This document shows positions 16,892 through 27,343 of a stretch of DNA of 64,000 bases, one piece after another. The notes under the pieces were generated by a model. It was not told the origin of the DNA. It searched no databases and saw nothing but the letters and a program-made list of their open reading frames with translations. The stretch is from NCBI GenBank assembly GCA_965206645.1, contig CBDBKE010000002.1:224001-288000 (forward strand), given 5' to 3'. The stretch comes from Terriglobia bacterium. Lineage in GTDB: Bacteria > Acidobacteriota > Terriglobia > JAJPHL01 > JAPKYU01. Each line of letters starts with the position of its first letter. The first letter of the stretch is position 1. The translations under genes and the position numbers were made by a program.

Positions 16892-18526
16892 TCAGGCCTG
16901 TCCATCCTTGCTCACCCCCTGGGGGGCCTCACTTGCAAGCAAATGTGGCGCGACGGCTTCCATAGCCGCGGCCGCCTCGGCACGGTTGCGTCCTGCACGC
17001 TTGGCCCGGTACAACGCGACATCGGCAGCGCGCAGGAGGGTCTCCATCTCGTCCTCCTCGCTTCCGACGGCCACCCCCAAACTCATGGTGCTGGAGATCT
17101 GGCCCTCCCGGGTGTGCACGGGTTCGTCGCTGAGGCAGGCTCGAATTCTCTCGGCCTGGTTCAGCGTGCTGGTGGCATCGCAATCGGGGAGGACGATCAG
17201 GAACTCTTCTCCCCCGTAGCGGCCGACCGAGTCATAAAGCCGCACGGAGGAAGCCATTCTGCGGCCGGTTTCCCGTAACACCGCATCGCCGGCCAGATGC
17301 CCGTGAGTATCGTTGATAGCCTTGAAATGGTCTAGGTCGGCCAGCACCACCCCTACAGGGATTCCCTCGCGCTTGGCGCGCTCCAGTTCCCCGCCCAGGA
17401 TGTCCAGGATCGCTGCGCGGTTCCAAACCCCGGTGAGAGAATCGTGCGTGGCCTGGAAGCGGTAGCCTTCGCTGACCGCCAGCTGCTTCTGCAGCGTCTC
17501 CATCTGCTGCTTGAGCTCTCCGGTCACCTGACCCAGCGTGGCTTTGGGGGCCGTGAGCTCGCGCAACTCCAGGTTGAGGCGCGCCTCCTCGGCGGCCAGG
17601 TGATCGCGCTGGGCAGCCACACGCTCGTGGCTGGCGTTCACGTCGATAAGCTGCTCGGCGAGGCGGCGTGCCTCTTCCCGCTCGCGTTCCACCTTCCGCT
17701 CCAGGTCAGCAAGGTCGGCCTCTTTCTCGCTGCCAGCGCGGGGCAGGGGCCTCTGGCCAGACAGGTCGGCCATGGCCAGGATGCGGTGGCGCCGGCGCTC
17801 TTCGGGTCCGCCAGCCAGTCCGGAGCGGAAGGCCAGGGCCGCCGGACCCAGGGCGATGGCCACACCCCACCGGCCTCCCCGATCTTCGTCCGCCCGCACC
17901 ACGCAGCCTTCCTGCTCGGCATCCTGTGGGCCGGTGTAGGGAAACGAAACCAGCACCTCGGTGCCGACCCGGTATTGCCGGTTGCTGAGGAAGTAAGCGC
18001 CTTCTTTACTGACGTTGGTGGCCACGGTAATCTCGGGGCCGTCGGTGGCCCATCTCTTCTTGCGCACCCGAATGGCAGCCTTGATCGCAATCCGCCGATG
18101 TCGCCGGGTGTTCTTCGGCTTCTCGGGCGAGCTGGCTGCAGAAGCCGGCTCTCCGACCAACTCCCGCAGCTTCTGGTGCAACTCGCGAGCTCCGAAAGGC
18201 TTCAAAACGTAAGGCAAATGCCTTTGCTCAATGAACTCCCAGGTAGCTTCCGAGGCGATATCGCCCGTCAGGAACACAATCCGGCGCTTGTACTCTGGGA
18301 ATTCCTTTTTCACTTGCTGGTAGAATTCTGCGCCCGACATCCCCGGCATCAACATGTCGCAGAGGATGGCGTTGTAGTCATTTTCGGGCAAGCGGTCCAG
18401 CGCTTCACGGGCCGACTGCGCCACGTCAACAGCCAAGCCCTCACCTTCCAGTATCTTCCGGACGATGCTCAGCATCTGCTCGTCATCGTCAATGACGAGG
18501 ACTTTGGGTTGTTTCGTGCCGCTCAT
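16892..18526 (-). CDS. Diguanylate cyclase, REC-PilZ-coiled-coil-GGDEF
   Basis: Receiver motifs VLVIDDD, CDMLMP and KPF; PilZ motifs RRHRR and NVSKEG; intact RYGGEEF with RLYD I-site. Confidence 0.92.
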   Translation of the reverse strand: MSGTKQPKVLVIDDDEQMLSIVRKILEGEGLAVDVAQSAREALDRLPENDYNAILCDMLMPGMSGAEFYQQVKKEFPEYKRRIVFLTGDIASEATWEFIEQRHLPYVLKPFGARELHQKLRELVGEPASAASSPEKPKNTRRHRRIAIKAAIRVRKKRWATDGPEITVATNVSKEGAYFLSNRQYRVGTEVLVSFPYTGPQDAEQEGCVVRADEDRGGRWGVAIALGPAALAFRSGLAGGPEERRRHRILAMADLSGQRPLPRAGSEKEADLADLERKVEREREEARRLAEQLIDVNASHERVAAQRDHLAAEEARLNLELRELTAPKATLGQVTGELKQQMETLQKQLAVSEGYRFQATHDSLTGVWNRAAILDILGGELERAKREGIPVGVVLADLDHFKAINDTHGHLAGDAVLRETGRRMASSVRLYDSVGRYGGEEFLIVLPDCDATSTLNQAERIRACLSDEPVHTREGQISSTMSLGVAVGSEEDEMETLLRAADVALYRAKRAGRNRAEAAAAMEAVAPHLLASEAPQGVSKDGQA

Positions 18527-18699
18527 GGCTCCAATCCAGCTGATTCAAATACGCCTCGATAGCTCTTCAGTGCCATAGATTTCATCTCCGGACTCAACGG
18601 GAGAATCCGTAAAAACTCCGGCAGACTTCTGCGGCTCTTCCGCGCGGCAACGACCGCACAAAACAGCGCCGCCATGGCTTGGGTCCTTGTTGCCTTCAT
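18523..18699 (-). CDS. Small conserved ORF, copy 2 (58 aa; MAALFCAVVAARKSRRSLPEFLRILP core)
   Basis: Paralog of 16480-16650. Its TGA overlaps the cyclase ATG (ATGA at 18526-18523). Alternative start at 18675. Confidence 0.72.
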   Translation of the reverse strand: MKATRTQAMAALFCAVVAARKSRRSLPEFLRILPLSPEMKSMALKSYRGVFESAGLEP

Positions 18700-18767
18700 A
18701 ACAGTGTCTAGTTAAACGCAGCGACAGCAAGCAGCCAATAGGAGAACAGTTACATTCTTCATAGTAC
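18700..18767 (-). promoter_or_regulatory. Conserved 68-bp upstream block, copy 2
   Basis: Ungapped homology to 16651-16718. Confidence 0.6.
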
Positions 18768-18936
18768 CTTTGGGCCACTGAGCACGCGCCTACCAGGCGG
18801 GTCTCGGCAGGCCGGCGGACGGTTCTCCGGTGAACTGTGAGAGAGCAAAGCTTGTCCTCCGGGACGTCTTGACGGAACACCGGACGGGGAATCCCTCCGG
18901 GGTTGGCACCGCAACGAGAAACAGATTGGCCAGTGG

Positions 18937-19488
18937 TTATTTCAAAGGGAAATGCTTCAGCTTGACGTATCCAGCACCGTGAGGAAAAAGCCGACTCTGA
19001 TAGAGGAACAGTTCCGTTGCCGTGTAGCGGCCGAGATCTTCGGAGCGGTGGACTTCCCATTCCGGCGGCAAGACTGGAACACGGCTGCCTTGCCTCAGCC
19101 GGCCCAGGGTCAGGTGAGGAGAGAATGGACGCTGCTCGGGTTCAATCCCCAGCGGCGCCAGGGCCCGCTCGACCCCGGTGGCGAGTTGACCCAAGGCCGG
19201 CGGCGCCAGCACCCCCACCCAGAAGACACGGGGGTGGCGCTCATTAGGAAAACAGCCCAACCCGCGGAAACCGAGTTCCAGCGGCCCGGGCGCGGGCACG
19301 CCCGCCAGCGCTTCGACCAGGGCTGGCAATCTGTCTTCCGGTTGCTCGCCAATGAACTTGAGCGAGAGGTGCAGCGATTGCGGCTTCACCCACTTCACCT
19401 GGCGGGCCGCTGGCTCCAGTTGGCGCAGCAGGGCAGTAATCCGCGCGCGGACAGCCTCATCCAACTCCAGGGCCACGAAGAGCCGCAT
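18937..19488 (-). CDS. thpR: RNA 2',3'-cyclic phosphodiesterase (2H family)
   Basis: Starts MRLFVAL; two 2H motifs, HLSL and HLTL; PRVFWVG. Confidence 0.93.
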   Translation of the reverse strand: MRLFVALELDEAVRARITALLRQLEPAARQVKWVKPQSLHLSLKFIGEQPEDRLPALVEALAGVPAPGPLELGFRGLGCFPNERHPRVFWVGVLAPPALGQLATGVERALAPLGIEPEQRPFSPHLTLGRLRQGSRVPVLPPEWEVHRSEDLGRYTATELFLYQSRLFPHGAGYVKLKHFPLK

Positions 19489-19548
19489 TACTTTCTTGGC
19501 TCGGATTGGAAAAGTATCTTCACTGGGACGCGAATGCAACTCACTTCA

Positions 19549-20472
19549 TCAGCTCGATGGCCTGGGAGCACAAAGCCGGTCGGCAAGATCTGCTATGAGC
19601 TCGGCTTTTGCTATTTGCCTTCGCCACCCCATTGGGATTCCTGCCTCCCCATAGTAAGCCCCCGCGATCTGGCCACACACTGCCGCCGTGGTATCTGCGT
19701 CCTGTCCTAGGTTAACGGCTTTCAATATGGCGTCCCGAAAGTTGTCCGTGTGCAGAAAACACCAGAGGGCAGCTTCTAAAGTCTCCACAACGTACCCACT
19801 GGCTCCAATGTCCGATTCAGACTTCCCGCGAAGTTCCCCTTTGGCAATGGTTCGGATGCTGTATTCGAGAGGACTATCCGGCCCCCCCTGGAACTGGCCG
19901 CCGAATAGAATCTCTTCTTTTGACCGGCAGGACAGCGCCTTAACGATCACCCACCCGAGAAACCTGCAAGCGGACACACATTCTGCTGCCCCGTGCGTCG
20001 TTTGCGAACTTTCCCCGGAAAAGCGGACCGCTGCCTGTTCGTCAGGGTAAAAGAACATCGGCACCGGCGCCAGCCTCATGATGCACCCGTTGCCGGCAGT
20101 CAGCGGATGGGTTGAGCCCGCGTACGGATCGCCGGTCTCTTTGAAACGAGCTAACGCAGATGCCACTGTTCTACCAATATCGAAGCAACGACCGGTGCTG
20201 CTAAGGTAACCTTCCTCTGCCCACCGACAGTATCGCGTCATTTGATCATGAGGCTCGAAGCCCCCCTGCTCAACCAAGCTGCTGGCGAGGCACAGAGCCA
20301 TGCTGGTATCGTCGGTCCACTCCCCGGGCTTTAGGCGGAATGGACCGCCGCCGACCATGTCGGTCACGGGCGGGAATGTGCCCCTTGGCTGGAACTCCAC
20401 CGTCGTACCTACAGCGTCTCCGCAGGCCAGTCCAAGGAGACATCCTCGAAAGCGGTCCCTTTCACTGGCCAT
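19549..20472 (-). CDS. ADP-ribosylglycohydrolase (DraG/ARH family)
   Basis: GLACGDAVG, WTDDTSMA, GNGCIMR and DADTTAAVCGQIAGA motifs. Confidence 0.93.
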   Translation of the reverse strand: MASERDRFRGCLLGLACGDAVGTTVEFQPRGTFPPVTDMVGGGPFRLKPGEWTDDTSMALCLASSLVEQGGFEPHDQMTRYCRWAEEGYLSSTGRCFDIGRTVASALARFKETGDPYAGSTHPLTAGNGCIMRLAPVPMFFYPDEQAAVRFSGESSQTTHGAAECVSACRFLGWVIVKALSCRSKEEILFGGQFQGGPDSPLEYSIRTIAKGELRGKSESDIGASGYVVETLEAALWCFLHTDNFRDAILKAVNLGQDADTTAAVCGQIAGAYYGEAGIPMGWRRQIAKAELIADLADRLCAPRPSS

Positions 20473-20500
20473 TGCGCCGGTTTCCACTTTTTTCTAATTC

Positions 20501-21739
20501 TTAGTTCTTGATCCGCCGACGGAGCATGTCCAACGCGGTTTGGGTGGCCTGAAGGCGGATGCGGTCTCGCGTGCCCGGATAGTGCTTCTCGATGATCTCA
20601 CCTGCGCGGCCGGCTTCCGCCATTGCCAAGTAGACCAGTCCCACCGGCTTGGCCTCGGTGGCGCCGGATGGCCCGGCGATTCCAGTGATGCTGAGTCCGA
20701 AGTCGGCTCCAAAACGCCGCCGCACGGATTCGGCCAGGATGCGCGCCACCTCTCCGCTGGCGGCCCCGTTGGATTCCAGCACCGAGGCTGGCACCTCCAG
20801 CCAGCGCGTTTTGACCTCGTTGTGGTAGGCTACGAGCCCTCCCAGAAAATAACGGGAACTTCCCGGAACGCGCGTCATGCGTTCCGCCAGCAACCCGCCT
20901 GTGCAGCTTTCCGCCACTGCGAGCGTCTTGCTTTTCATCGTCAGGAACATGCCAACCACTTCTTCCATCGACTGGCCATCTTGGGAAAAGATGTTGTCGC
21001 CGAAAGCCGATTCCAGACGGGAAGCCAAATCGTTGAGGGCACCGCGGGCCTCCGCTTCGTCGGACCCAGCGGCCCGCAGGTGCAACTGAATTTCCCCGGG
21101 TGCAGCCAGGATGGTGGTCGTCGGGTTCTCATACTTGCGGTAGATGGGCGCCGCCAGCTCGTCTACCTGCGACTCAAAAAGGCCGGCGATTTTCAACACC
21201 CGGGTGAGCAACCGCCGGCCGGGCGCGACCTTCTCCAGTCGAGGCAGGCACTGCTGCTCAAACATGGCTTCCATTTCGGAAGGCACGCCGGGCAGCAGCA
21301 TCAGAGCCCGGCCGCCTTCCTGAATCCACTGGCCGGGAGCGGTGCCTCTGGAATTTTCCAGGATCTCGGCGCCTTCCAGGATCATGGCCTGGCGAAGGTT
21401 GATTTCCGGCATAGTGAAGCCGCGAACGCGGAAGCGGTTCTCGATCACTTCGGCGACGCGCGCGTCCCGAAACAGTCGCCTGCCCAGCAGGCGGACCACG
21501 CTTTCGCGAGTGAGGTCGTCGGCCGTGGGTCCCAATCCGCCCATCACCACCACGATCTCGGCGCGCTCGAGGGCGGCGCCCATGGCAGCCGCAATCTGTG
21601 CTTCGTCGTCGCCCACCACCGTTTTCTGCCGAACCTCGATGCCCAGGCGATTCAGCTGGTTGGTGATGAACAGGGAATTGGTGTCCAGCCGGTGCGGCCC
21701 CAGCAGTTCTGAGCCCACGGCGATAATTTCTGCGTTCAT
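20501..21739 (-). CDS. cinA: Competence/damage-inducible protein A (MoCF-like domain plus NMN deamidase)
   Basis: AVGSEL, DTNS, GGLGPT.DD, AESCTGG and SITGIAGP motifs. Confidence 0.96.
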   Translation of the reverse strand: MNAEIIAVGSELLGPHRLDTNSLFITNQLNRLGIEVRQKTVVGDDEAQIAAAMGAALERAEIVVVMGGLGPTADDLTRESVVRLLGRRLFRDARVAEVIENRFRVRGFTMPEINLRQAMILEGAEILENSRGTAPGQWIQEGGRALMLLPGVPSEMEAMFEQQCLPRLEKVAPGRRLLTRVLKIAGLFESQVDELAAPIYRKYENPTTTILAAPGEIQLHLRAAGSDEAEARGALNDLASRLESAFGDNIFSQDGQSMEEVVGMFLTMKSKTLAVAESCTGGLLAERMTRVPGSSRYFLGGLVAYHNEVKTRWLEVPASVLESNGAASGEVARILAESVRRRFGADFGLSITGIAGPSGATEAKPVGLVYLAMAEAGRAGEIIEKHYPGTRDRIRLQATQTALDMLRRRIKN

Positions 21740-21862
21740 CCGAACCTCAGTCCAGCCCTAGTGCCGTGGCCGGTTGATCCCGTTCGTCTTATCCACGGCG
21801 TGATTCTCGGCGTTGCTCAAGGATTGGAAGCTTCCCGAGGAACTGAATCACCGGTCACGATA

Positions 21863-22924
21863 CTAGGAGAGCAGCGGCAACCCTCCGACGTCCCAATTCA
21901 GGTGGAAGATGGAACTGGTGTTGGCAAGGATCAGAGAGCGGCCGGCAGTGAAAGCCACCCCTACCAGACCCGCGCCGGAAACGGCCAAATGGGCTTGCTG
22001 GTCGGGAGCGATCCGCACAATTCCCTTGCGGCCACCCAGGGAGGCAGCCACGTAGAGGTTACCCTGAGCGTCGAACGTCATGCCTTGCGGCCGCCCTAGT
22101 CCCCGGTAAAACACTTCCACCTCCCCTGCGGGAGAAATGCGATGGACGCTGTCGAAGCTGGAGGTTGTCGGCCCGGTGACGTAGAGGTAGCGGTCGGGAC
22201 CGAAGGTCAGGTGGTAGGCCGCGATGCTGGCTTCCAGGGTGGCAAACACAAAGATCTGGCGGTCGCGGGAGATCTTGAAGATAGTGCCGCTGCGATCCCC
22301 CACGAACAGGTTCTCTTCGGGGTCAAACGCGAGGCCAGTGGCGACTCCCATGCCCTCCACGTAGGTGGAGAAGGTGCCGTTGGGGGTCACCCGGTACACG
22401 GCGCCTTCGTGCCGGCTGGAGACGTACAACTGCCCTGCGCGGTCGAAAGCCAGGCCAGAGGGATTCATGATGTCAGTGACGAACGGTTTGGCGGCGTAGT
22501 TCAAATCGATTTTGTAAATCGAGACCGGCACCTTCTGGCCCCGGGTCCCACTGAAGGTCACGAAAATGTTCCCCTCTTCATCCAACGCGGGATTGGCCAC
22601 CGGATGCAGATTTTCAGCGATCGCGACCCCGACTTCAAACTCGTAGGAATTACTGGACCCGAAGCCGGTGCGGATGGTGACTTGGCCGGAGATGGCTCCC
22701 TCCGGGACTCGCGCCACCAGGAAATTTTCGGAACTCACCACCAACTGCGCTTCGACATCGCCAAATCTGACCCGTGGACGGTGTTGGTTGCCGGAAGCAA
22801 ACCCGGAACCGCGAATCATCACCTCGCCTCCGGGGATTGCCGCGCGAGGAGTGATTTCAGCGATCAGGGGTTTGCCGTCGGACGGTTTTCGGTTAAACAA
22901 TTGCGAAAGTCCTTTGCGCGCCAT
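21863..22924 (-). CDS. IPT/TIG domain plus gluconolactonase/NHL-like beta-propeller protein
   Basis: N-terminal PGGEVMIRGSGF; repeated GLAFD..G.LYV blades. Confidence 0.8.
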   Translation of the reverse strand: MARKGLSQLFNRKPSDGKPLIAEITPRAAIPGGEVMIRGSGFASGNQHRPRVRFGDVEAQLVVSSENFLVARVPEGAISGQVTIRTGFGSSNSYEFEVGVAIAENLHPVANPALDEEGNIFVTFSGTRGQKVPVSIYKIDLNYAAKPFVTDIMNPSGLAFDRAGQLYVSSRHEGAVYRVTPNGTFSTYVEGMGVATGLAFDPEENLFVGDRSGTIFKISRDRQIFVFATLEASIAAYHLTFGPDRYLYVTGPTTSSFDSVHRISPAGEVEVFYRGLGRPQGMTFDAQGNLYVAASLGGRKGIVRIAPDQQAHLAVSGAGLVGVAFTAGRSLILANTSSIFHLNWDVGGLPLLS

Positions 22925-23401
22925 CTACATGCCCAACCACACTGCCACCCGGACGCCAGCAAACGCATAGACTCCAGCCCAGCAGTCGTCTGCCACAACG
23001 CCCCAGCCGCCCGGCAACTGCTCACTGCGGCCAGCCGGAAACGGCTTAATGATGTCGAACAGCCGAAAAAGTATAAAACCCAGCAGCCAGTATTTCCAGC
23101 CCGCCACCCCTAAGTGGCCACGCGGCACAGCGGCCAGTGCGATCATCTGGCCCAGCACCTCATCGACGACCACCAGCCCCGGATCGCGCTTGCCGAACTG
23201 CTGCTCGCAGATCCCGGAAGCCCACACAGCCGGTGCAAACAGCACCGCAACCGCCGGCAGCAGCCAAAGCGGTGAGAGCCCCGCCGGCCAGAGCAGTAGA
23301 TACAGCGCTACAGCGACGGCCGAGGCCAACGTGCCGGGCACGAGCGGAACATAGCCCGCACCGAAAAATGTCCCCAGGAGTAAGCCAAGCCGCCGCGTCA
23401 C
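22925..23401 (-). CDS. pgpA: Phosphatidylglycerophosphatase A
   Basis: PGTLAS, DPGLVVVDE, FRLFDIIKP and GGWGVVADD motifs. Confidence 0.95.
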   Translation of the reverse strand: MTRRLGLLLGTFFGAGYVPLVPGTLASAVAVALYLLLWPAGLSPLWLLPAVAVLFAPAVWASGICEQQFGKRDPGLVVVDEVLGQMIALAAVPRGHLGVAGWKYWLLGFILFRLFDIIKPFPAGRSEQLPGGWGVVADDCWAGVYAFAGVRVAVWLGM

Positions 23402-23405
23402 TTGC

Positions 23406-23645
23406 TTATCTTTCTCTCCCCTTTCGGCCGTCCCCTCTTTCGGCGTCCTCCCCTTCCGCTTCCCGCCGGGACCCGCCCCGCACCGGCTCTCCTGCTTCCT
23501 CTACGTCGGGAAGCGGGGACTGGATCACGTACCGTTCCGAAGCCCAGTTGCCCAGATCGATCAACCGGCAGCGCTCGCTACAGAAGGGCGACAGCGGAGA
23601 GCGCCGTTCAACGGGCTTCTTGCAGATGGGGCACCGTATCTGCAT
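23406..23645 (-). CDS. yacG: DNA gyrase inhibitor YacG
   Basis: CPIC...[15 protein letters not shown]; GGAGG RBS. Confidence 0.93.
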   Translation of the reverse strand: MQIRCPICKKPVERRSPLSPFCSERCRLIDLGNWASERYVIQSPLPDVEEAGEPVRGGSRREAEGEDAERGDGRKGRER

Positions 23646-25044
23646 ACTCCTCCCGCAACACAGCCAGCACGGGCGCGCGACGTTCCACCGGCTCCGCGGG
23701 CAGAACCTTGCCCAGCAGGTCGTAGTCCAGCGCCCGGGTGATCTTGACCCGAACGAAGGAACCCGCCTCCGGCGGGCGGCCAGCGACGTCGTGGATCAGC
23801 ACCTTGCCATCGATCTCCGGCGCCTGGCCAGCCAGGCGGCCCTCCCACAACAGTTCGGTCTCCTGTGACACTCCTTCCAGCAGCAGGTCGAAGCTGCTGC
23901 CAACCATCTGCCGGTTCTTGCGCCGGGAGATCTTCCGCTGAATGGTCATGAGGCGACGGCGCCTGTTGTGGATCGCGCGCTCGTCCACTTTGCCGTCGAG
24001 CTGGTAGCTGGCGGTGTTCTCCTCATCCGAATAGGCGAAAACACCCAGCCGGTCAAATTCCGCCGCCTCGACGAACTGGCAGAGCTGCTGGAAATCTGCT
24101 TCGTTCTCGCTCGGAAAGCCGACGATCATCGAAGTGCGCAGGGCCACCCCGGGGATGGTGCGGCGGATGCGCTCCAACAATCTCAGGAACTGGTCCCCAT
24201 CCTGCCCCCGACGCATGCGCTTCAGCACCGAGGCGCTGGCGTGCTGCAGCGGAATATCCAGGTACTTCACCAGGGCCGGCCAGGCGGCGATGGTGTCCAG
24301 CAGCCGCTGGCTGACCCGGTTCGGGTAGCAGTAGAGGAACCGGATCCAGCCGCCGTCGCGCTCCAGCCCGGGCAATTGCGCCAGCCGCTCCAGCAGCAGC
24401 GCCAGGCCATCCCGGATTCCCAGATCTTCCCCATACCATGTGGTGTCCTGCCCGACCAGGACGAGTTCCCGCACTCCCTGCGACAACAACCGCTCCGCCT
24501 CGGCAACCACCGATTCGAAACGGCGGCTGCGGAACGGGCCGCGGAGCTTAGGAATGATGCAAAAGCTGCAAGTGTGGTCACAGCCTTCGTTGATCTTGAT
24601 GTAAGCATAATGCCGCGGCGTGGCCAGAACCCGCGGCGTCAGGTCGTGGTAGAGGTATGGATCCAGCACCGGCAGCAGCGCCGACTCTGCTGGAGCCGTG
24701 TCCTGGCAGGCGCTGACAATGCGTTCCACCTCGTTGATGCCTAGCACCGCATCGACTTCGGGAATTTCCCTTTGGATCTGCTCGCGGTAGCGCTCCACCA
24801 GGCAGCCAGCCACAATCAGCTTGCGCGCCGTGCCTCGCTTCTTGTGCTCCGCCATCTCCAGGATGGCAGCAATGGACTCCTTCTTGGCCGGGTTGATAAA
24901 GCTGCAGGTGTTGACGACCAAGACTTCGGCCTCCTCGGCGCGGGGGGTCAACTCGTACCCGCCACGGGCCAGCAGGCCCATCATCACCTCGGTATCGACC
25001 AGGTTCTTGGGACAGCCCAGGCTGACAAATCCGACTTTCGGCAT
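23608..25044 (-). CDS. rimO: Ribosomal protein S12 methylthiotransferase
   Basis: [24 protein letters not shown] and APEIDG (TRAM) motifs; start at 25044 or 25059. Confidence 0.96.
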   Translation of the reverse strand: MPKVGFVSLGCPKNLVDTEVMMGLLARGGYELTPRAEEAEVLVVNTCSFINPAKKESIAAILEMAEHKKRGTARKLIVAGCLVERYREQIQREIPEVDAVLGINEVERIVSACQDTAPAESALLPVLDPYLYHDLTPRVLATPRHYAYIKINEGCDHTCSFCIIPKLRGPFRSRRFESVVAEAERLLSQGVRELVLVGQDTTWYGEDLGIRDGLALLLERLAQLPGLERDGGWIRFLYCYPNRVSQRLLDTIAAWPALVKYLDIPLQHASASVLKRMRRGQDGDQFLRLLERIRRTIPGVALRTSMIVGFPSENEADFQQLCQFVEAAEFDRLGVFAYSDEENTASYQLDGKVDERAIHNRRRRLMTIQRKISRRKNRQMVGSSFDLLLEGVSQETELLWEGRLAGQAPEIDGKVLIHDVAGRPPEAGSFVRVKITRALDYDLLGKVLPAEPVERRAPVLAVLREEYADTVPHLQEAR

Positions 25045-25148
25045 AACTTTTTTCGGCACAACTTTCGGCCCAGCTTTAGGCCCAGCGTTTAGGCAAAGAA
25101 AACCTCAGGACAGACGAGCTGGAGTTAAAACAAGATTCTAGCACAGGG

Positions 25149-27217
25149 TCAGCCGCGCGCGCCTTGTTGGACTCGAACCAGCAAGCTGTAAAGGTGAGGT
25201 ACGAGGTCGACCGCCCCGCCAAACCGCGCGCTCTCGTAAGCCACGGTAAATTCCGCGACCAGAGGAGACAGCAGCGGGTCTCGAACAGTGGGGAGAAACT
25301 CACGCGCTGACATACTGGGCGTCTTCCGATAGCCGCGGCGGGCCAGCAAGTCCAGCAAGCGCTGGTAGGCAACAGTGGCATCGGGAACGGTGGCGCGGCC
25401 GGATGCGATTTCAGCCGGCCGAGCGCCGCCTTCAGGCGCGCGGCCAGCGCCTGGTACTGCTGCCGCAGGTAATCGCGCGTCTCGGTCGTGGCCTTCCGCG
25501 AACCGCGGTTCATGTTGCGCATCAGCGTGAACTGGCGGGTGAAGTCGTAGTTGACGACCCAGTCCACCCAGAAGGCCTGAAACGCGTCAAGCCACAGGGC
25601 CAGCCGGCCGAAGGTTCCCCGGCTCTGTACTCCGGCGGCCGGAGTGGGGTCGAAGGGGATCCAGCCCAGAGTGGGAAAATAGGCTTCCACCCAGCTATGC
25701 GCATCGCTGGCCCGCACCACATAGAGTTCCGAGATGTCGTTGAATTCGCCGGGCAGGAAGCCGTTCACCATGCGGGACGGAATGCCCAAGGTACGCAGCA
25801 TCACCGTCATGGCCGAGGCGAAGTACTCACAGTGGCCGCGGCGCTGCTCGAACAAAAAACCAGCAATCGGATCGTCGCCAGTGAACGGCATCTCCAGCGT
25901 GTAGCCGTATTGGGTGCGCAGATGTTCCTCCAGCATCAGTGCACGGTCATAGGAATTGCCGGCGGCGGCGGTGACCTGCTGCGCCAGCTCTGCCACGCGG
26001 AGATCCATGGAGGGCAGCTGCAAGTAATAGTCGCGTGGGTGGGGCCCGATCCACTCCGGATACTCGGTGGGTTCGGCCCGCAGCTGCCTCGGGTCGGGTA
26101 TTGCCAGGTTGGAGACGGCGTCGTAGCGAAGGGCGGCAAAGCTCCGCCTACGCAACAGCACCGCGTCGCTGGCATCCACCTCCAGCAGGCGGAAGCGTCC
26201 GGTCACCTCCTGCGGAATCGGGATCAGGAACAGGTTGGCGGAGGAGATGGGCGCCAGATACACCGTGTAGGCCAACTCCTGGGACGGGTGGTAGGCTGGC
26301 CCGCGCTGGAAGAAGAACCGGCCCGCCCCGCTCATCCTGGCCGCGCCGCCCGGAGCCGGCACCGCGGACAGTACCGTACTGCCAACGTTGGTGTTGTACC
26401 AGCGCCTGCCGTCGAACTGCGCCAAGGCGACACCTCGCCACCGCAGCTGCTGCAACTGCGGCGGAAGCCACTTGAAGCGGACCCGCATCACCACCATGCT
26501 GGTCTTCTTAATGTCGCCGATTTCGCCCAGGGTGACGTCGTCGGAGAAGCCGGCGATGTGCTGCGTCTTGGGGGCGAAGCGGCTCAGGTAGCCGGTTGTG
26601 TAGCGTGGGAGGACGAAGAAAATCAACCCGCCCAGCAGAAGCACACTGATGCTGACCAGCACCGAGGTGGCACCTAAGCTGCGCAGCATCGGCCCTCCGG
26701 GCACCTCAGCTGGATGCGCCGCCCGCTGGTAAGAGCACCGGATTTCGTAGCTGGCGAAGGTGGCGATCCCGAAGATCAGGAACACGAGGAAGAACGCCAG
26801 GAATGTGGTGTCAATCGTCAGGATAGCTGCCAGCAGCATCTCCAGGAAGGCCAACACGGCCAGGTACAGGAAGTCACGGTTCACTCGCGCGGAGAACAGC
26901 TTCATCACCATCACAAAGAACACCAGGTGGCCGGTGGCCTCGACAAAAGCGCGCGACAGAAACAGGTAGTCGAAGGCGTAGAAGAAGAAATAGGCAACCG
27001 TCAGCCGGGTGACCGTGGAGGGCGACAGCGAGAAGCGCGAAAGCCCCAGGAACGCCAGTCCCCGCAGCGCCAGCGCCCCGCCCACAAAGAGCACCGTCGG
27101 GGCGTCCAGCTTGCCGGTGGCGGCTACCGTGACGAAGCCGGTGGCCACGAACAGGAACAGCGATAGCTCGAAGAAATAATCTATCGCTTCCCTTCCCTGC
27201 CCCCAGGTCCGAACCAT
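25149..27217 (-). pseudogene. TgpA-like DUF3488-transglutaminase-DUF4129 membrane protein with a frameshifting lesion near 25400
   Basis: GHCEYFAS, HSWVE and FDPTP triad motifs. The DUF4129-like tail (DATVAYQRLLDLLARRG...YESARFGG) is in another frame, and the transmembrane helix expected before it appears missing. Confidence 0.75.
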
Positions 27218-27343
27218 ATGCGAATATCGTACACCAGACAGACGGGGGCGGTCCTCGCATCGAGCCGACCGAGTTGGCCCTGGCTACTTTTCGGCGCAGC
27301 AAGGCGGGGAATGACAGGCAGGCACGGCTCTGGGGGAATCGTG

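Noticed and set aside
18800-18935. c-di-GMP-I riboswitch upstream of the cyclase (contains GCAAAGC)
   Set aside because: The motif is on the opposite strand and I cannot build the GEMM P1/P2 structure; an Rfam scan would be decisive.
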